A stretch of DNA of 61,097 nucleotides, the filler included. It is 8 parts of 8 records of this genome, joined end to end, with 100 filler letters (N's around TTAATTAATTAA, not from the genome) between each part and the next. Parts side by side here need not be neighbours in the genome. Positions count along the whole stretch, not along the records: positions 33,684 to 42,311 come from SRR31156797_20279; positions 42,412 to 49,196 come from SRR31156797_20285; positions 49,297 to 55,685 come from SRR31156797_20290; 5 more parts are not named here. One strand, written 5' to 3'. The position numbers and the translations under genes were made by a program. The notes beneath the pieces were generated by a model. The model was given only the letters and a program-made list of their open reading frames with translations, had not been told where the DNA came from and made no database searches. Shown one piece after another: positions 40,033 to 50,566 of the stretch (positions are counted from its first letter, which is position 1; every line of letters begins with the position of its first letter).

Positions 40033-40833
40033 TCAGGAAGGCATCATATTCACCGAGACAGGCGCTCCCCACAGACTTGAAAGCACTGTTCCAACGGTGG
40101 GGGAACCGCTGGTCCAGAAGGCCGCGGTCCCCGCCCCCTCCCTGGACGTGAGCAGACCGTTGGCGGCCAGGGTCCGGGAAACCTGGCGGGAGACCGCCTC
40201 CCCCGTATCGATGATCCGGATCCCGTCCCCAGCCATCTCCCGGATCAGGGGGGTCAGAAACGGATAGTGGGTACACCCCAGGACAATGGTGTCTGCGCCT
40301 TTCTCGAGCAGGGGGGTCAGGTAGCGGTCCAGCAGGTCACGGGTCCTGGGGCTGGTAAAGGCCATGGCCTCCACCTGCTCCATCAGGCCGGGGCACCCCT
40401 GGACCTCCACCCGGCCCCCTTTGCAGAAGCGGTGAATCAGATTGTGGAAGGAGGCGCTCTTCAGGGTCTCGGTGGTTGCCAGCACCCCCACGACCCCGTT
40501 TGCTGTGGCGGCCAGGGCCGGCTTCACCCCCGGCTCGATGCCGATGAAGGGAACGGCGAACCGGGATCTCAAGGTGGCGATGGCGGTGACGGTGGCCGTG
40601 TTGCACGCAACCACAACCGCCTTGACCCGGTGCGCCAGAAGAAACCGGGTCAGGCAGACGGCCCGGGCTTCAACATAGCGGGAGGACCGGTTGCCATAGG
40701 GGGCGTAGCCCGCGTCCGACACGTAGATGAGGTCTTCCCGGGGAAGCTGCCGCCGGATCCAGCGAAGGACGGACACGCCGCCCACGCCGGAGTCGAAGAT
40801 CCCCAGGGGATAGTCGTTTATCGCTGTTTTCAT
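40033..40833 (-). CDS. murI: Glutamate racemase
   Basis: FDSGVGG, PYG, VACNTA, LGCTHYP. ATG at 40833 chosen. Confidence 0.96.
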   Translation of the reverse strand: MKTAINDYPLGIFDSGVGGVSVLRWIRRQLPREDLIYVSDAGYAPYGNRSSRYVEARAVCLTRFLLAHRVKAVVVACNTATVTAIATLRSRFAVPFIGIEPGVKPALAATANGVVGVLATTETLKSASFHNLIHRFCKGGRVEVQGCPGLMEQVEAMAFTSPRTRDLLDRYLTPLLEKGADTIVLGCTHYPFLTPLIREMAGDGIRIIDTGEAVSRQVSRTLAANGLLTSREGAGTAAFWTSGSPTVGTVLSSLWGAPVSVNMMPS

Positions 40834-41002
40834 TGTCACCCCTTTACCGTCTTCCATCCTCTCCATACCGTTCATTTCCCTTTTGGGAATCATGCCATGG
40901 AGGGGGATATACCCTGGAACCCGACCGGTTTCAAGGGTTTATTCCGGTCCCAACCGCGCATTGGAGGATGACAAATGCCCCTGTTTATGATATGGGACCT
41001 CT

Positions 41003-41103
41003 TTCAACGGCCGGTTTGACGGTCAAGATGGATGGCCCGTCTCAACGGCCGGTTTATCGGCAAAATGGGTGGCCCATCCCACCTGCCGGTTTGTCGGCTA
41101 AAA
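41003..41103. repeat. Three imperfect ~38-bp tandem repeats in the divergent murI/epd promoter region
   Basis: GCCGGTTT at 41010, 41048 and 41085, each followed by xxCGG; TGGCCC in units 1 and 2. Confidence 0.7.
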
Positions 41104-41131
41104 TTTTATATCAGGATGAAACACAAGACAT

Positions 41132-42154
41132 ATGAGTCACAGAGTCGCTATAAACGGATATGGAAGAATCGGACGTTCCGTCCTTCGCGCCCTTTACGAA
41201 TCCCACCACTTCCGGGCACTTGAGGTCGTCGGCATCAACGAGCTTTCAGATGCCAGGACCATGGCCCATTTAACAAAATACGACACCACCCACGGCCGGT
41301 TCTCCGGCGAAGTTGCGATCAGCGGCAAGGATCTCCATGTGAACAACACCCGAATCCACCTTTCCCATGAACCCGAGATCCGGCGCCTGCCCTGGGCCGA
41401 GCTCGGGGTGGACGTGGTGCTGGAGTGCACCGGGGCCTTCACCCAAAGGGAACGGGCCGAGGGGCACATCAAAAGCGGGGCGAAAAAGGTGATCTTCTCC
41501 CAGCCGGCCGAGGATGATGTGGATGCCACCATTGTCTACGGCATCAACGACCACACCCTGGAAGCCGACCACCGGGTGATCTCCAACGCCTCCTGCACCA
41601 CCAACTGCAGCGTGCCGGTGCTCAAGGTGCTGAACGACGCTTTGGGCATCGAATCGGGCATCATCACCACCATCCACTCGGTCATGAACGACCAGCCCGT
41701 GATCGACGCCTATCATCACCACGACCTCCGGCGCACCCGGTGTGCCGGCCAGTCGATCATTCCCGTTGATACGGAACTTGCCAAGGGCATCGACCGGATA
41801 CTGCCGGAACTTTCCGGCCGATTCCAGGCGGTATCCATGCGGGTGCCCACCATCAACGTGTCTGCCCTGGACATCACGGTGGTGGTATCCAAGCCCACCA
41901 GCGTCACCCAGGTGAACCGGATATTGGAATCCGCCACCAACGGACGCCTCTCCGGCATCCTCGGCTATACGGAAGAACCCCTTGCCTCCTGCGATTTCAA
42001 CCATGATTCACGATCGTCCGTGGTGGACGGCTGCCAGACCCGGGTCAGCGGCAACACCCTGGTGAAAATCCTTGCCTGGTTTGACAACGAGTGGGGCTAT
42101 GCCAACCGGATGCTTGACACGGCTGCGGCCCTCCTGGCAAAAGGCGATGCCTGA
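41132..42154 (+). CDS. epd: GAPDH-family dehydrogenase, probably erythrose-4-phosphate dehydrogenase
   Basis: [50 protein letters not shown]. Confidence 0.8.
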   Translation: MSHRVAINGYGRIGRSVLRALYESHHFRALEVVGINELSDARTMAHLTKYDTTHGRFSGEVAISGKDLHVNNTRIHLSHEPEIRRLPWAELGVDVVLECTGAFTQRERAEGHIKSGAKKVIFSQPAEDDVDATIVYGINDHTLEADHRVISNASCTTNCSVPVLKVLNDALGIESGIITTIHSVMNDQPVIDAYHHHDLRRTRCAGQSIIPVDTELAKGIDRILPELSGRFQAVSMRVPTINVSALDITVVVSKPTSVTQVNRILESATNGRLSGILGYTEEPLASCDFNHDSRSSVVDGCQTRVSGNTLVKILAWFDNEWGYANRMLDTAAALLAKGDA

Positions 42155-42170
42155 TTCCCTGCCGGTTTTA

Positions 42171-42311
42171 ACCATGTTTTCTTCATGCTCTTCATGTCCT
42201 TCATGGTGAATAAAAACAACAGCCCGGAGGGCTGGCGGCTCTACCATGCAAGACCATGTAACTCCTGGTCAGCCGATTGTTAAATTTCAACCATGAAGAT
42301 CATGAAGGACA
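42171..42311. repeat. REP-like 9-bp-unit repeat with inverted partner
   Basis: CTTCATGCT-CTTCATGTC-CTTCATGGTGAA at 42181-42210 and inverted CCATGAAGATCATGAAGGACA at 42291-42311. Confidence 0.65.
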
Positions 42312-42411
42312 NNNNNNNNNNNNNNNNNNNNNNNNNNNNNNNNNNNNNNNNNNNNTTAATTAATTAANNNNNNNNNNNNNNNNNNNNNNNNNNNNNNNNN
42401 NNNNNNNNNNN
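42312..42411. other. Artificial contig linker
   Basis: Same spacer. Confidence 0.98.
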
Positions 42412-42568
42412 TTTGTACATAGCTATGCTCTACCCATTTATTTCTGGCGTAACTTCCATATAAAATTACGGTATCAACTTTTCTAAATTTTGTCTCAACT
42501 AATTCAATAATCCGCTTTAATTCTTCCTGTTTATGTTCAGGTAGAAATTCAGGTATTCCTGTTTTCAA
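42412..42568 (-). CDS. Minimal nucleotidyltransferase (MNT) N-terminus, probably an MNT-HEPN protein (3' truncated)
   Basis: LPEHKQEELKRI...VILYGSYAR; GAGGTG RBS upstream. Confidence 0.75.
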
Positions 42569-43017
42569 GTTACATCACCTCTAATTTACTAGAATAATAT
42601 ATATTATAACATAAATCAAATGATGTTGAGTGGTGTTATTTTTTGAAGTTTTGGTGATAAAAGTTATAGATTTTAGTGTTTTTTGTAGTGAAGAAAAGTC
42701 GTTGGTGTTATTTTTTGTATATTGCATTGAAATTTTATGAAAATTAATCGATAATGATAATTGTGTAGGTAGAAATGAGAAAAATGATGAGGAATAAAAC
42801 TTTGTGTCAATTGGTGGCGGTACTTTTTTTTGACTAAGGGATTTACTTGATGATATAATTTGAATGAAAGTAATTTGTAGAAGTAGATTTTAGAATTCAA
42901 GAAATAATGTGAAACTGAATTGTGTATTATTTTTTGCACAGGTAAGGCGCAACTTTTTCTAAAATAGTGTCGTCTAGGGAGAAGTTAATAAAGATTCTTT
43001 AACGGAAGGAATAAATT

Positions 43018-44068
43018 ATGAAAGTTTTAATAGTTGGTTCTTTAAGTTTATTAGTAAACGAAGTTGAAAAAGAAACTTTTAAAAAAATTTGTATTAGGAT
43101 TGGAAAGAGTTTGGCTGAAAATAATTTTACTATAGTTTTAGGAAGCTCTAATCCAAAAACGGCTGACAAATATGTTTTTGAAGGTATAGAAAATAGTCAA
43201 AAAAATTGTAAAGTAATTGTTTATCGTGGTAAACATGATGATTCCAATAAACCTTTTTTTGAAGAAAAGAAAAAGTCTACAAACATCAACATCATATATA
43301 GGGCAACAAAATCAAAGCTTTTGAATGCAGGTCGAGTAGATATAATTTCAGTAGTAGATATTGTCTTAATTATTGGTGGTAAGAATGGAAGTGCTATCGT
43401 TGGTTATTCTTCGCCATACTTATTTAAACCTGTTTTAGCTTTACCTATAAAAGGAACGACCTCTCAAGAATTATGGGATTTATATTACTATAAATACGAA
43501 TTTGCAAAGATTCAAAAGACGGATCTAGAATTATTAAAAAATATTGACAATGATGAATATGGAGATTTAGTTATTAAAACTCTTAAAATATTAAAAAAGA
43601 ATAATCCTTTTAAACATGAAAGTATTATATTAAATATTTTATCAATTTTATTACTATTATTTATTATTACTATTTGGTTAGGTTTAATTAACGTAAAAAT
43701 ATTATCACCTTCTATAGATAATGACTATTTGTCATTAACGATATTTGTAGTATTAATTCTTTCATCATTAATTGGTTCTATATTAAGAATTAATATTGAA
43801 CTTTTAAAAAATGAAACTCGTTTTTCTGGAAGTAAAATTTGTAAAGAAATGTCTATTTCAATTATACTTGGATTAACTTTAACATTATTTTATTGGAGGA
43901 TTAGTTTTTAATGGTAAGCAAATTAATTTTACAGGAGATACAGTAATCAATGATTATTATAGAACAGCAATAGCCATCTCAATTATTGGAATATACGCAG
44001 GACTTCAAATAAAGGGAGCAGTTAACAAGGTTGAAAAATTATTAAACAAAACTATAAAAGAAGAATGA
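43018..44068 (+). pseudogene. SLOG-like nucleotide-binding domain + multi-TM protein, frameshifted near 43885
   Basis: ORF 43018..43911 (LGSS...ADKYVFEG, DIVLIIGGKNGS, KPVLALP). The +1 frame continues YFIGGLVFNG...TAIAISIIGIYAGLQIKGAVNKVEKLLNKTIKEE* to 44068. Confidence 0.65.
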
Positions 44069-44165
44069 TTTTTTTTAATTTTTAACAATATTTTAATTCC
44101 TGAATTGTCAAATTAAATCAGACTATAATGTCTGAATATATTATATACGAGGAGGATATATATAT

Positions 44166-46490
44166 ATGCTAAATAACCAAAAGAATGTTTCAAAAAAAAT
44201 AATTGATCTACTTATTGCAAATAAAATCAATTATCATAGTATATTAACAGGAACCCCTTACTCTACTTCAGAGAACTGGGATAGTATCCTTGATGAAAAT
44301 TTATTTTATGATCATCTATTTAATGAATTATCTTTCTATCAAAAAATGGCTTATATTCTTAATAATATGACAATTGGTGGTGAAACATATGCCCCAGTAA
44401 TTTTTCTCTATGGTTTTAAGGGAACTGGAAAAACAACTTTTATTCATTGGTTTTTTACCAAATATTATCAGAAAATTAAAGAAGAAATATTCATAGAATA
44501 TATTGATTATGATTTGGAAGAAGAAGAAAAAAGTGAAGAAGAGGAAATAAAAAACAGTGGTGAAATCAGAAAGCCTTTAGCTCAACAATTTATATATAAA
44601 ATAATGCTTGAGTATAATAATATGAGAATCGAGTTTACGGAATATATTAAATGGCTTAAACCAATTTTAAGAGAATTAAGACAAGTTTTCTCATCAACTT
44701 TTATTAGAGCACTCGAAAATATCGATATAGCTAATTCTGAAATAGATCAACATGATTATTATTATGAATTAGAAGACATTATTAATAATGCAAAATTTTC
44801 TGAAATAATTATTTTCTATCTTGTATATAAAATGAAATTTAATAGTCAAAAAAAGCATTTTATTTTTGTTTTTGATAATTTGGACTCTTTAAAACTTGAG
44901 TATATAAATGCGAAACTTGCAAAAGACATAAGTATAATTGACACTAAATTAAAATTGCTTCTTCAAAACAATAAAATTTCAACTAATCGTATATTACCTA
45001 AATATAACTTGGTATTTTTATTAAGGGATGCAAATTGTGCATTAGTGAATATGCATGTGAAAAATAAAGAAGAACTTAAAAGTAAAACTGTAGGTTTTAA
45101 TATATCAGTTGGCGAAGAAAATTTATTTGAAAGAAGACTTGATTTCGCAGAAGTTCTTATAAAAAGAAATGTTTTTAAATCAAAAACTCATAAGATTTTG
45201 GTTGAACTAAAAAACGATATCTATTCAACTAAGGTCTTTTCTCAATTATTTAATTTTGACCATAGAGAATATATAGGGTTTCTTGTAAAAATATCAGAGA
45301 ATTCAATTAATTCAAATATGAATAATATCCCTATTCTTCAAGAGTATTCAAGAATACTAAAACCATCTGAAAAAAAATTAGAGGATTATGGAAAATTTGG
45401 AGCAAGAGGTATTATATACTATTATTTAATTGATTATTTATTGACTGATGAATTTCTAAAAAACTTTGAAAAACTCAATTATAGAAAAGGATCAAATGGA
45501 TATTTTAATCCTATCAGGTTAATTCTTACATTAATTACTAACATGAATAATTTTGAAATATCTAAAGAGAGGCTAATAGACAATGATTATAAAATCAATT
45601 ATAAATTTGATTCGACTTCTATTGCAAATGTTGTAGAGCAGCTATTACCTTTATATAGCCTTGAGACTATTTTAAGCGTTATTGAAAATTATTTTCTTTG
45701 TTTTAAAAAAAGTTGGTCACACTTAGTGACAATACATGGATTTAATTTAACTAAAAAAAATCAATTATTGGATTCACTTAAAGAGAGGTTATCTCTATAT
45801 TTAAATGATGATTCCAATTCTGATAAGAAATTTTTTAATAACATACGACTAAAAGTTAATCCTTCAGGATATATTTATTTGACATATATAATTATTCATT
45901 TTGAGTTTTTTTCTAGGCGAGTTAATAATTCTCGCCCTCTATTCTTAGCAACAAATTATGATTCGAAGAAAAAAAAGTTTCAATTTGAAATATTTATTGA
46001 TAACGTTTATCGGAAAGTGAAAGACTGTATATTAGAAATGAATAAGTTTTATGAAGAAAAATTTGTAAAAAAATTAGGATATGATGATCAAGAATTTCTA
46101 AAATCAGATTTTTCCTTTAAGTTTAAAAAGAATGATATCATTGAGTCTGAAGAAAAATATGAAGCAAAATACTATAATACGGGTCATTTTTATTCTCATA
46201 GACTAATAGAAAATCATATTAGCTATATAGATTCTTTTAGGATATATATATTAAATAATGATGAACATTTTGAAAAACTTAACCCTTATAATTACGGATA
46301 TACCAAATATAAATTAAATGAAATTCTTGTAGAAAAAGTTAGAAATTATGTAGAACTATATAATCATTTGCATAGCAATGAAAGAAATAAACGAATGTAT
46401 AATGTATTTATGTCTTGTATTAATGAAATTAAAGATAGTTCATATAAGAATATGAAACTATCTATTAGCGTAAATAGGAGTGAATTTTAA
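44166..46490 (+). CDS. Large P-loop NTPase, uncharacterised
   Basis: Walker A GFKGTGKTT, Walker B FIFVFDNLD; strong RBS GAGGAGG. Confidence 0.8.
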   Translation: MLNNQKNVSKKIIDLLIANKINYHSILTGTPYSTSENWDSILDENLFYDHLFNELSFYQKMAYILNNMTIGGETYAPVIFLYGFKGTGKTTFIHWFFTKYYQKIKEEIFIEYIDYDLEEEEKSEEEEIKNSGEIRKPLAQQFIYKIMLEYNNMRIEFTEYIKWLKPILRELRQVFSSTFIRALENIDIANSEIDQHDYYYELEDIINNAKFSEIIIFYLVYKMKFNSQKKHFIFVFDNLDSLKLEYINAKLAKDISIIDTKLKLLLQNNKISTNRILPKYNLVFLLRDANCALVNMHVKNKEELKSKTVGFNISVGEENLFERRLDFAEVLIKRNVFKSKTHKILVELKNDIYSTKVFSQLFNFDHREYIGFLVKISENSINSNMNNIPILQEYSRILKPSEKKLEDYGKFGARGIIYYYLIDYLLTDEFLKNFEKLNYRKGSNGYFNPIRLILTLITNMNNFEISKERLIDNDYKINYKFDSTSIANVVEQLLPLYSLETILSVIENYFLCFKKSWSHLVTIHGFNLTKKNQLLDSLKERLSLYLNDDSNSDKKFFNNIRLKVNPSGYIYLTYIIIHFEFFSRRVNNSRPLFLATNYDSKKKKFQFEIFIDNVYRKVKDCILEMNKFYEEKFVKKLGYDDQEFLKSDFSFKFKKNDIIESEEKYEAKYYNTGHFYSHRLIENHISYIDSFRIYILNNDEHFEKLNPYNYGYTKYKLNEILVEKVRNYVELYNHLHSNERNKRMYNVFMSCINEIKDSSYKNMKLSISVNRSEF

Positions 46491-46906
46491 TGGAATCAAA
46501 TAGTAAAATTAGTGAGAAAATAGAACTAAATTCCTTAAAATATAAATATTCAAAAATATTGTTTTTAAAATCTTTTACCCAAGAATATAAAATATGTAGT
46601 GATATTGTATATGCTTTTGATTGCTTTAGTGATTACGAAAAATATAATAAACTAAAATTTAAATCTAAAAAAATAAAGAAATTAATAGCGGAAAAAAATG
46701 ATCTTGATAAAAATTTTCTAAAGGATTCTATAATAAAACCAAATATTCGATATCTAGAACTAATTATTGAAATGGAAGAATACATGAATAAAATGAAAAC
46801 TGAAAGATTGAAGATTTATATTTCTATATTAATTCCACTCCTAACTGCACTTATTGCTGGCTTAATAACTTTTATAACAACTTATATTCAATTAAGTGCA
46901 AAGTAA
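46490..46906 (+). CDS. Hypothetical protein with C-terminal TM helix
   Basis: Translationally coupled (TAATG) to the NTPase; hydrophobic tail IYISILIPLLTALIAGLITFI. Confidence 0.7.
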   Translation: MESNSKISEKIELNSLKYKYSKILFLKSFTQEYKICSDIVYAFDCFSDYEKYNKLKFKSKKIKKLIAEKNDLDKNFLKDSIIKPNIRYLELIIEMEEYMNKMKTERLKIYISILIPLLTALIAGLITFITTYIQLSAK

Positions 46907-47242
46907 TTTTTTTGATGTTTCATTTATATTCGACTTATATGAAATTTTTTCACTTACTCCTATACAGAATAATTTAAAAGTTAATTGCAAAGTGTGAGAA
47001 ATAATAAGATTTATATTCTCTATTTATGATAAAGTTTTGAATTAAATTACTAATCTAGAGACTAGTATAATTGCTAGTATCATTGAAAAAATTATCAAGT
47101 TCCTAATGGGGTGTAGTTTGATCTGAGAAATCACTTTTCTAATTACAGAAGGCGGTTAATTTCAAACTGATAAAAAATTCTTACTTTCATACAAAACACT
47201 TACGTCAGTTATGTTGCAAGAATGATATCATCACTACCACAT

Positions 47243-47273
47243 AAAAGAGGTAGAGTCTATATCGACCTCTTTT
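47243..47273 (+). terminator. Stem-loop, possible terminator
   Basis: AAAAGAGGT...ACCTCTTTT inverted repeat. Confidence 0.5.
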
Positions 47274-47333
47274 ATAATACTAAAAAATCCCTATACGGAC
47301 GTTATTTATAACGTCCTAATTTTCTCCCAAATT

Positions 47334-47356
47334 AAAAAAAGCGCCCTCCCGAGCGC
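47334..47356 (-). terminator. Terminator of the MrpD-like gene
   Basis: Minus strand GCGCTC-GGGA-GGGCGC-TTTTTTT. Confidence 0.75.
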
Positions 47357-47362
47357 ATCAAT

Positions 47363-48997
47363 CTACAATACAATTACCTTAAGCAAAAACGTAAAACTTG
47401 TAAAAAACAGAACTATCATGCTAACCATTATTCGAAAATCAAACTCAGCCTCTTTGATAAATTTGAAGAGATATATCTTGTCATATAGAAATTTATAAAA
47501 GAAAATTCCTAGTATTAACTTAACAAAATAGAGAATACTTTTATTCAAATATTTCAGTGAATCAATACTGAAATCTCGTCTGTAAAGTGCAGCCATAAGC
47601 CTCGTTCCATAAACTCCACCAAAGAAGCACAGAAGTGCAAGTATGAATATACTTATATATATTGTTGGTGAAAGTTTCTTTTTCTTTTCAGTTAACTCAC
47701 CTAAACTACTCTCTCCAAAAAGAATTGAGCCAAACTTAATAAAGCATAAAATCGTCCCTAAATTAACCAATTGCAATGAATATTTGAGTAAAGGTGTATC
47801 GATCTCCTTTGCTATGAAATATTTAGAGATACTCCCATTGAAGAATGGAGCTCCACTAACTGATAGCATAGCGATTATTAGCGTAAATGCAACATAAGGA
47901 TACTCTTTCAAGACACCTTTGATCTTTCGTACGTTACTCGTACCATAGGCATTGGTAATTATAGATAGTATTATGAATAATAGCCCCTTATAGATACTGT
48001 GATTGATACTATGATATAGCGAGCCATAATATGAGTATTCGCTTGGTAAATGAAATGCAAATATTATTAGCCCCATCTGACTAATAGAACAATAAGCTAA
48101 AATCTTTCTCAGATCATCCTGCGAGAATGCAAAGAGATATCCGACTAAAGATGTAGCAAGTCCTAATATCATAAAAACCGTATCGAGTTTGAAAGTTTCC
48201 GAAAAAACATAATCAAGCTTGTAAAACAGCACAAAACTTGATTTAGAGATAACTCCGGCTAAAACCATAGATATTACTGCCGGAACAGCTGGTGTAGCAT
48301 ATGCACGTGTTACCCAGCTCCATTGGAAGATTAATCCGCATTTAAATGTTGCAGCTGTGATAAAAAATCCATAAGGCAGAATCAGAACTTTTGTATCTAT
48401 ATTGGAATTTATAGCATAATCTCTTAATAGGTCAATATCAAGAGTTCCGAATATCTTGTAAGTAAATCCTAATGCAACCAGAAAAAAAGTCATAGCAACC
48501 ATATTAAGCAGAAAATATACTATTCCATCATATATGACTACTTTATCTTTGTTATAGGTAATGAGAATAGTTGTAATTATGGTTGAAACTTCTATTAGTA
48601 CATAAATGTTAAACAGATCATTAGAGATAAAAATACCTGCTAATAAACCTTGTAGAATAAAGCTAAGAAACATAAACTTATGATCAAAATATGTTTCCTT
48701 ATAGGAATATATGAATAAAATCAAGAAGATAAATGCAGTGAGAACGACAAATATAAAATTAATTCTATCAGCTTTTAACATAATTCCAATAGGAGCTTTC
48801 CATCGACCTGTCTGCTCAATGATAGTTCCGTTTTGAACTATGAAATTATCAACGGCAATAGAAAGTCCTAAAAAAATTGCTTGAAATACAATCGATATTA
48901 TTCTGTAATATTTTGACTTAATCAGATAAAATACTACTCCCAAGATAATGGGAAGCAAAACAAACCAAAATAGATTTATGTACATTGTGCTCCTCAC
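47363..48997 (-). CDS. Proton-conducting transporter, MrpD/MnhD-like
   Basis: W-x-APIGIMLKAD, SNDLFNIYVLIE, KILAYCSISQMG, HSIYKGLLF, GAPFFNGSISK. Confidence 0.85.
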   Translation of the reverse strand: MRSTMYINLFWFVLLPIILGVVFYLIKSKYYRIISIVFQAIFLGLSIAVDNFIVQNGTIIEQTGRWKAPIGIMLKADRINFIFVVLTAFIFLILFIYSYKETYFDHKFMFLSFILQGLLAGIFISNDLFNIYVLIEVSTIITTILITYNKDKVVIYDGIVYFLLNMVAMTFFLVALGFTYKIFGTLDIDLLRDYAINSNIDTKVLILPYGFFITAATFKCGLIFQWSWVTRAYATPAVPAVISMVLAGVISKSSFVLFYKLDYVFSETFKLDTVFMILGLATSLVGYLFAFSQDDLRKILAYCSISQMGLIIFAFHLPSEYSYYGSLYHSINHSIYKGLLFIILSIITNAYGTSNVRKIKGVLKEYPYVAFTLIIAMLSVSGAPFFNGSISKYFIAKEIDTPLLKYSLQLVNLGTILCFIKFGSILFGESSLGELTEKKKKLSPTIYISIFILALLCFFGGVYGTRLMAALYRRDFSIDSLKYLNKSILYFVKLILGIFFYKFLYDKIYLFKFIKEAEFDFRIMVSMIVLFFTSFTFLLKVIVL

Positions 48998-49196
48998 TTT
49001 CTAAAAATAAAACTAATAGGTGAAAATTTTCATTGTTGTAACCTTAAGAGCAAAAAATCAGAACTTCCTCTAAGAAGCAGACCTAAAAGCTTTTCCCCGA
49101 TATCCAAGCGATAGGTTTCTCTTTGGTCAAGAGAAACCGACAACAAGGGAGGAGTTCGAGAACTTAAACTTTCAAACTCCTTTCTATCTTTCCCTA

Positions 49197-49296
49197 NNNN
49201 NNNNNNNNNNNNNNNNNNNNNNNNNNNNNNNNNNNNNNNNTTAATTAATTAANNNNNNNNNNNNNNNNNNNNNNNNNNNNNNNNNNNNNNNNNNNN
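49197..49296. other. Artificial contig linker
   Basis: Same spacer. Confidence 0.98.
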
Positions 49297-50522
49297 TGAA
49301 CCTTCCCATCCATTCCGATTTTAAACAGATCCGCAGGAGTCCCAAGGAAGTAAGAAGCGTTTTTGCGCGGCTTGGGTGGAAGCGTGTCGTGGGATTCCAG
49401 ACCCACCAGCCCCTGCACAGGCCCCAGTTCGAGATGACCATCCAGGCCATGCGGGAGGCCAGGGCAAACCTTCTTCTTCTGCCCGTGGCCGGGGTGACCC
49501 GTCCGGGAAATTTTGACCATTACACCCGGATGCGGTGCCTTCGGCAGGTGGCTTCCCACTATCCCCCGGACTCCTTTGTCCTGAACCTGCTTCCCCTTGC
49601 ACCCAGGATGGCCGGTCCCAGGGATGCGCTTTTGCACATGATCATCGGCAAGAATTACGGCTGCACCCATTTTGTTATTGGCCACGACCACGCAAGTCCC
49701 GGAAAAAACAGCAGTGGCGAGCCGTTTTACAACTATGACGACGCCACCCTGCTTACCATGGAGGCAGCCCCGGAAGTGGGGGTCGATGTGGTCTCCTTTG
49801 AGGAGATGGTTTATCTTCCCTTTGAGGATGAGTACAGGGCCGCAAGCAGTGTCTCCGAGGAGACAGAGACCCTTTCGCTGACCGGAACGGATATTCGGAA
49901 CCGGATTCGAGCCGGAAAAAAAGTGCCTGGGTGGGCGACCTTTCCGGAGGTGGAGGCTGAATTGAGAAAGTCATATCCGCCTCCTGCCAACCAGGGATTT
50001 ACCGTGTTTCTCACGGGACTTTCCGGTGCCGGAAAATCCACCATTGCAAAGGTGCTCTACGCCAGAATCATGGAGATGGGAACCCGGCCTGTGACCCTGC
50101 TTGACGGTGATATCGTGAGACGGAATCTCTCCAGCGAGCTCAACTTTTCCCGGGAACACCGGGATATCAATGTCCGGCGCATGGGATTTGTGGCGTCCGA
50201 GATCACAAAGAACCGCGGGGTCGCCATCTGTGCTCCCATTGCGCCCTATGAAAAGACCCGGGCCGAGGTGCGGGCGGTGGTTGAGGAACATGGCGGTTTT
50301 TTCGAGGTCCATGTGTCAACCCCCATTGCCGAGTGTGAAAAACGGGACCGCAAAGGCATGTACGCCAAGGCAAGGGCAGGACTTCTAAAGGGCTTTACAG
50401 GGGTGGACGATCCCTACGAGGTGCCTGTATCCCCCGAGCTGCGCATCGATACCACCGATCTGACACCGGACGAGGCCGCCCAGGAGATCCTTCTTTATGT
50501 CAGCCAGAAGGGGTTTGCGTAA
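49297..50522 (+). CDS. sat-cysC: Bifunctional sulfate adenylyltransferase/adenylylsulfate kinase (5' truncated)
   Basis: MAGPRDA...KNYGCTHFVIGHDHASPG, then GLSGAGKST, LLDGD, RDRKGMY, FTGVDDPYE. Confidence 0.92.
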
Positions 50523-50566
50523 CGCCTGCCCCAGGATGTTTCTATTCCGGGGCCTTTGTCCGACAC

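Noticed and set aside
42673-42939. 88-aa minus-strand ORF in the intergenic region
   Set aside because: Low-complexity His/Phe/Lys composition from strand skew; no RBS or motif seen.
47297-47316. Palindrome GGACGTTATTTATAACGTCC as an integron attC or recombination site
   Set aside because: Too short, and no integrase or cassette structure is visible; most likely one of several terminator-like hairpins between convergent genes.
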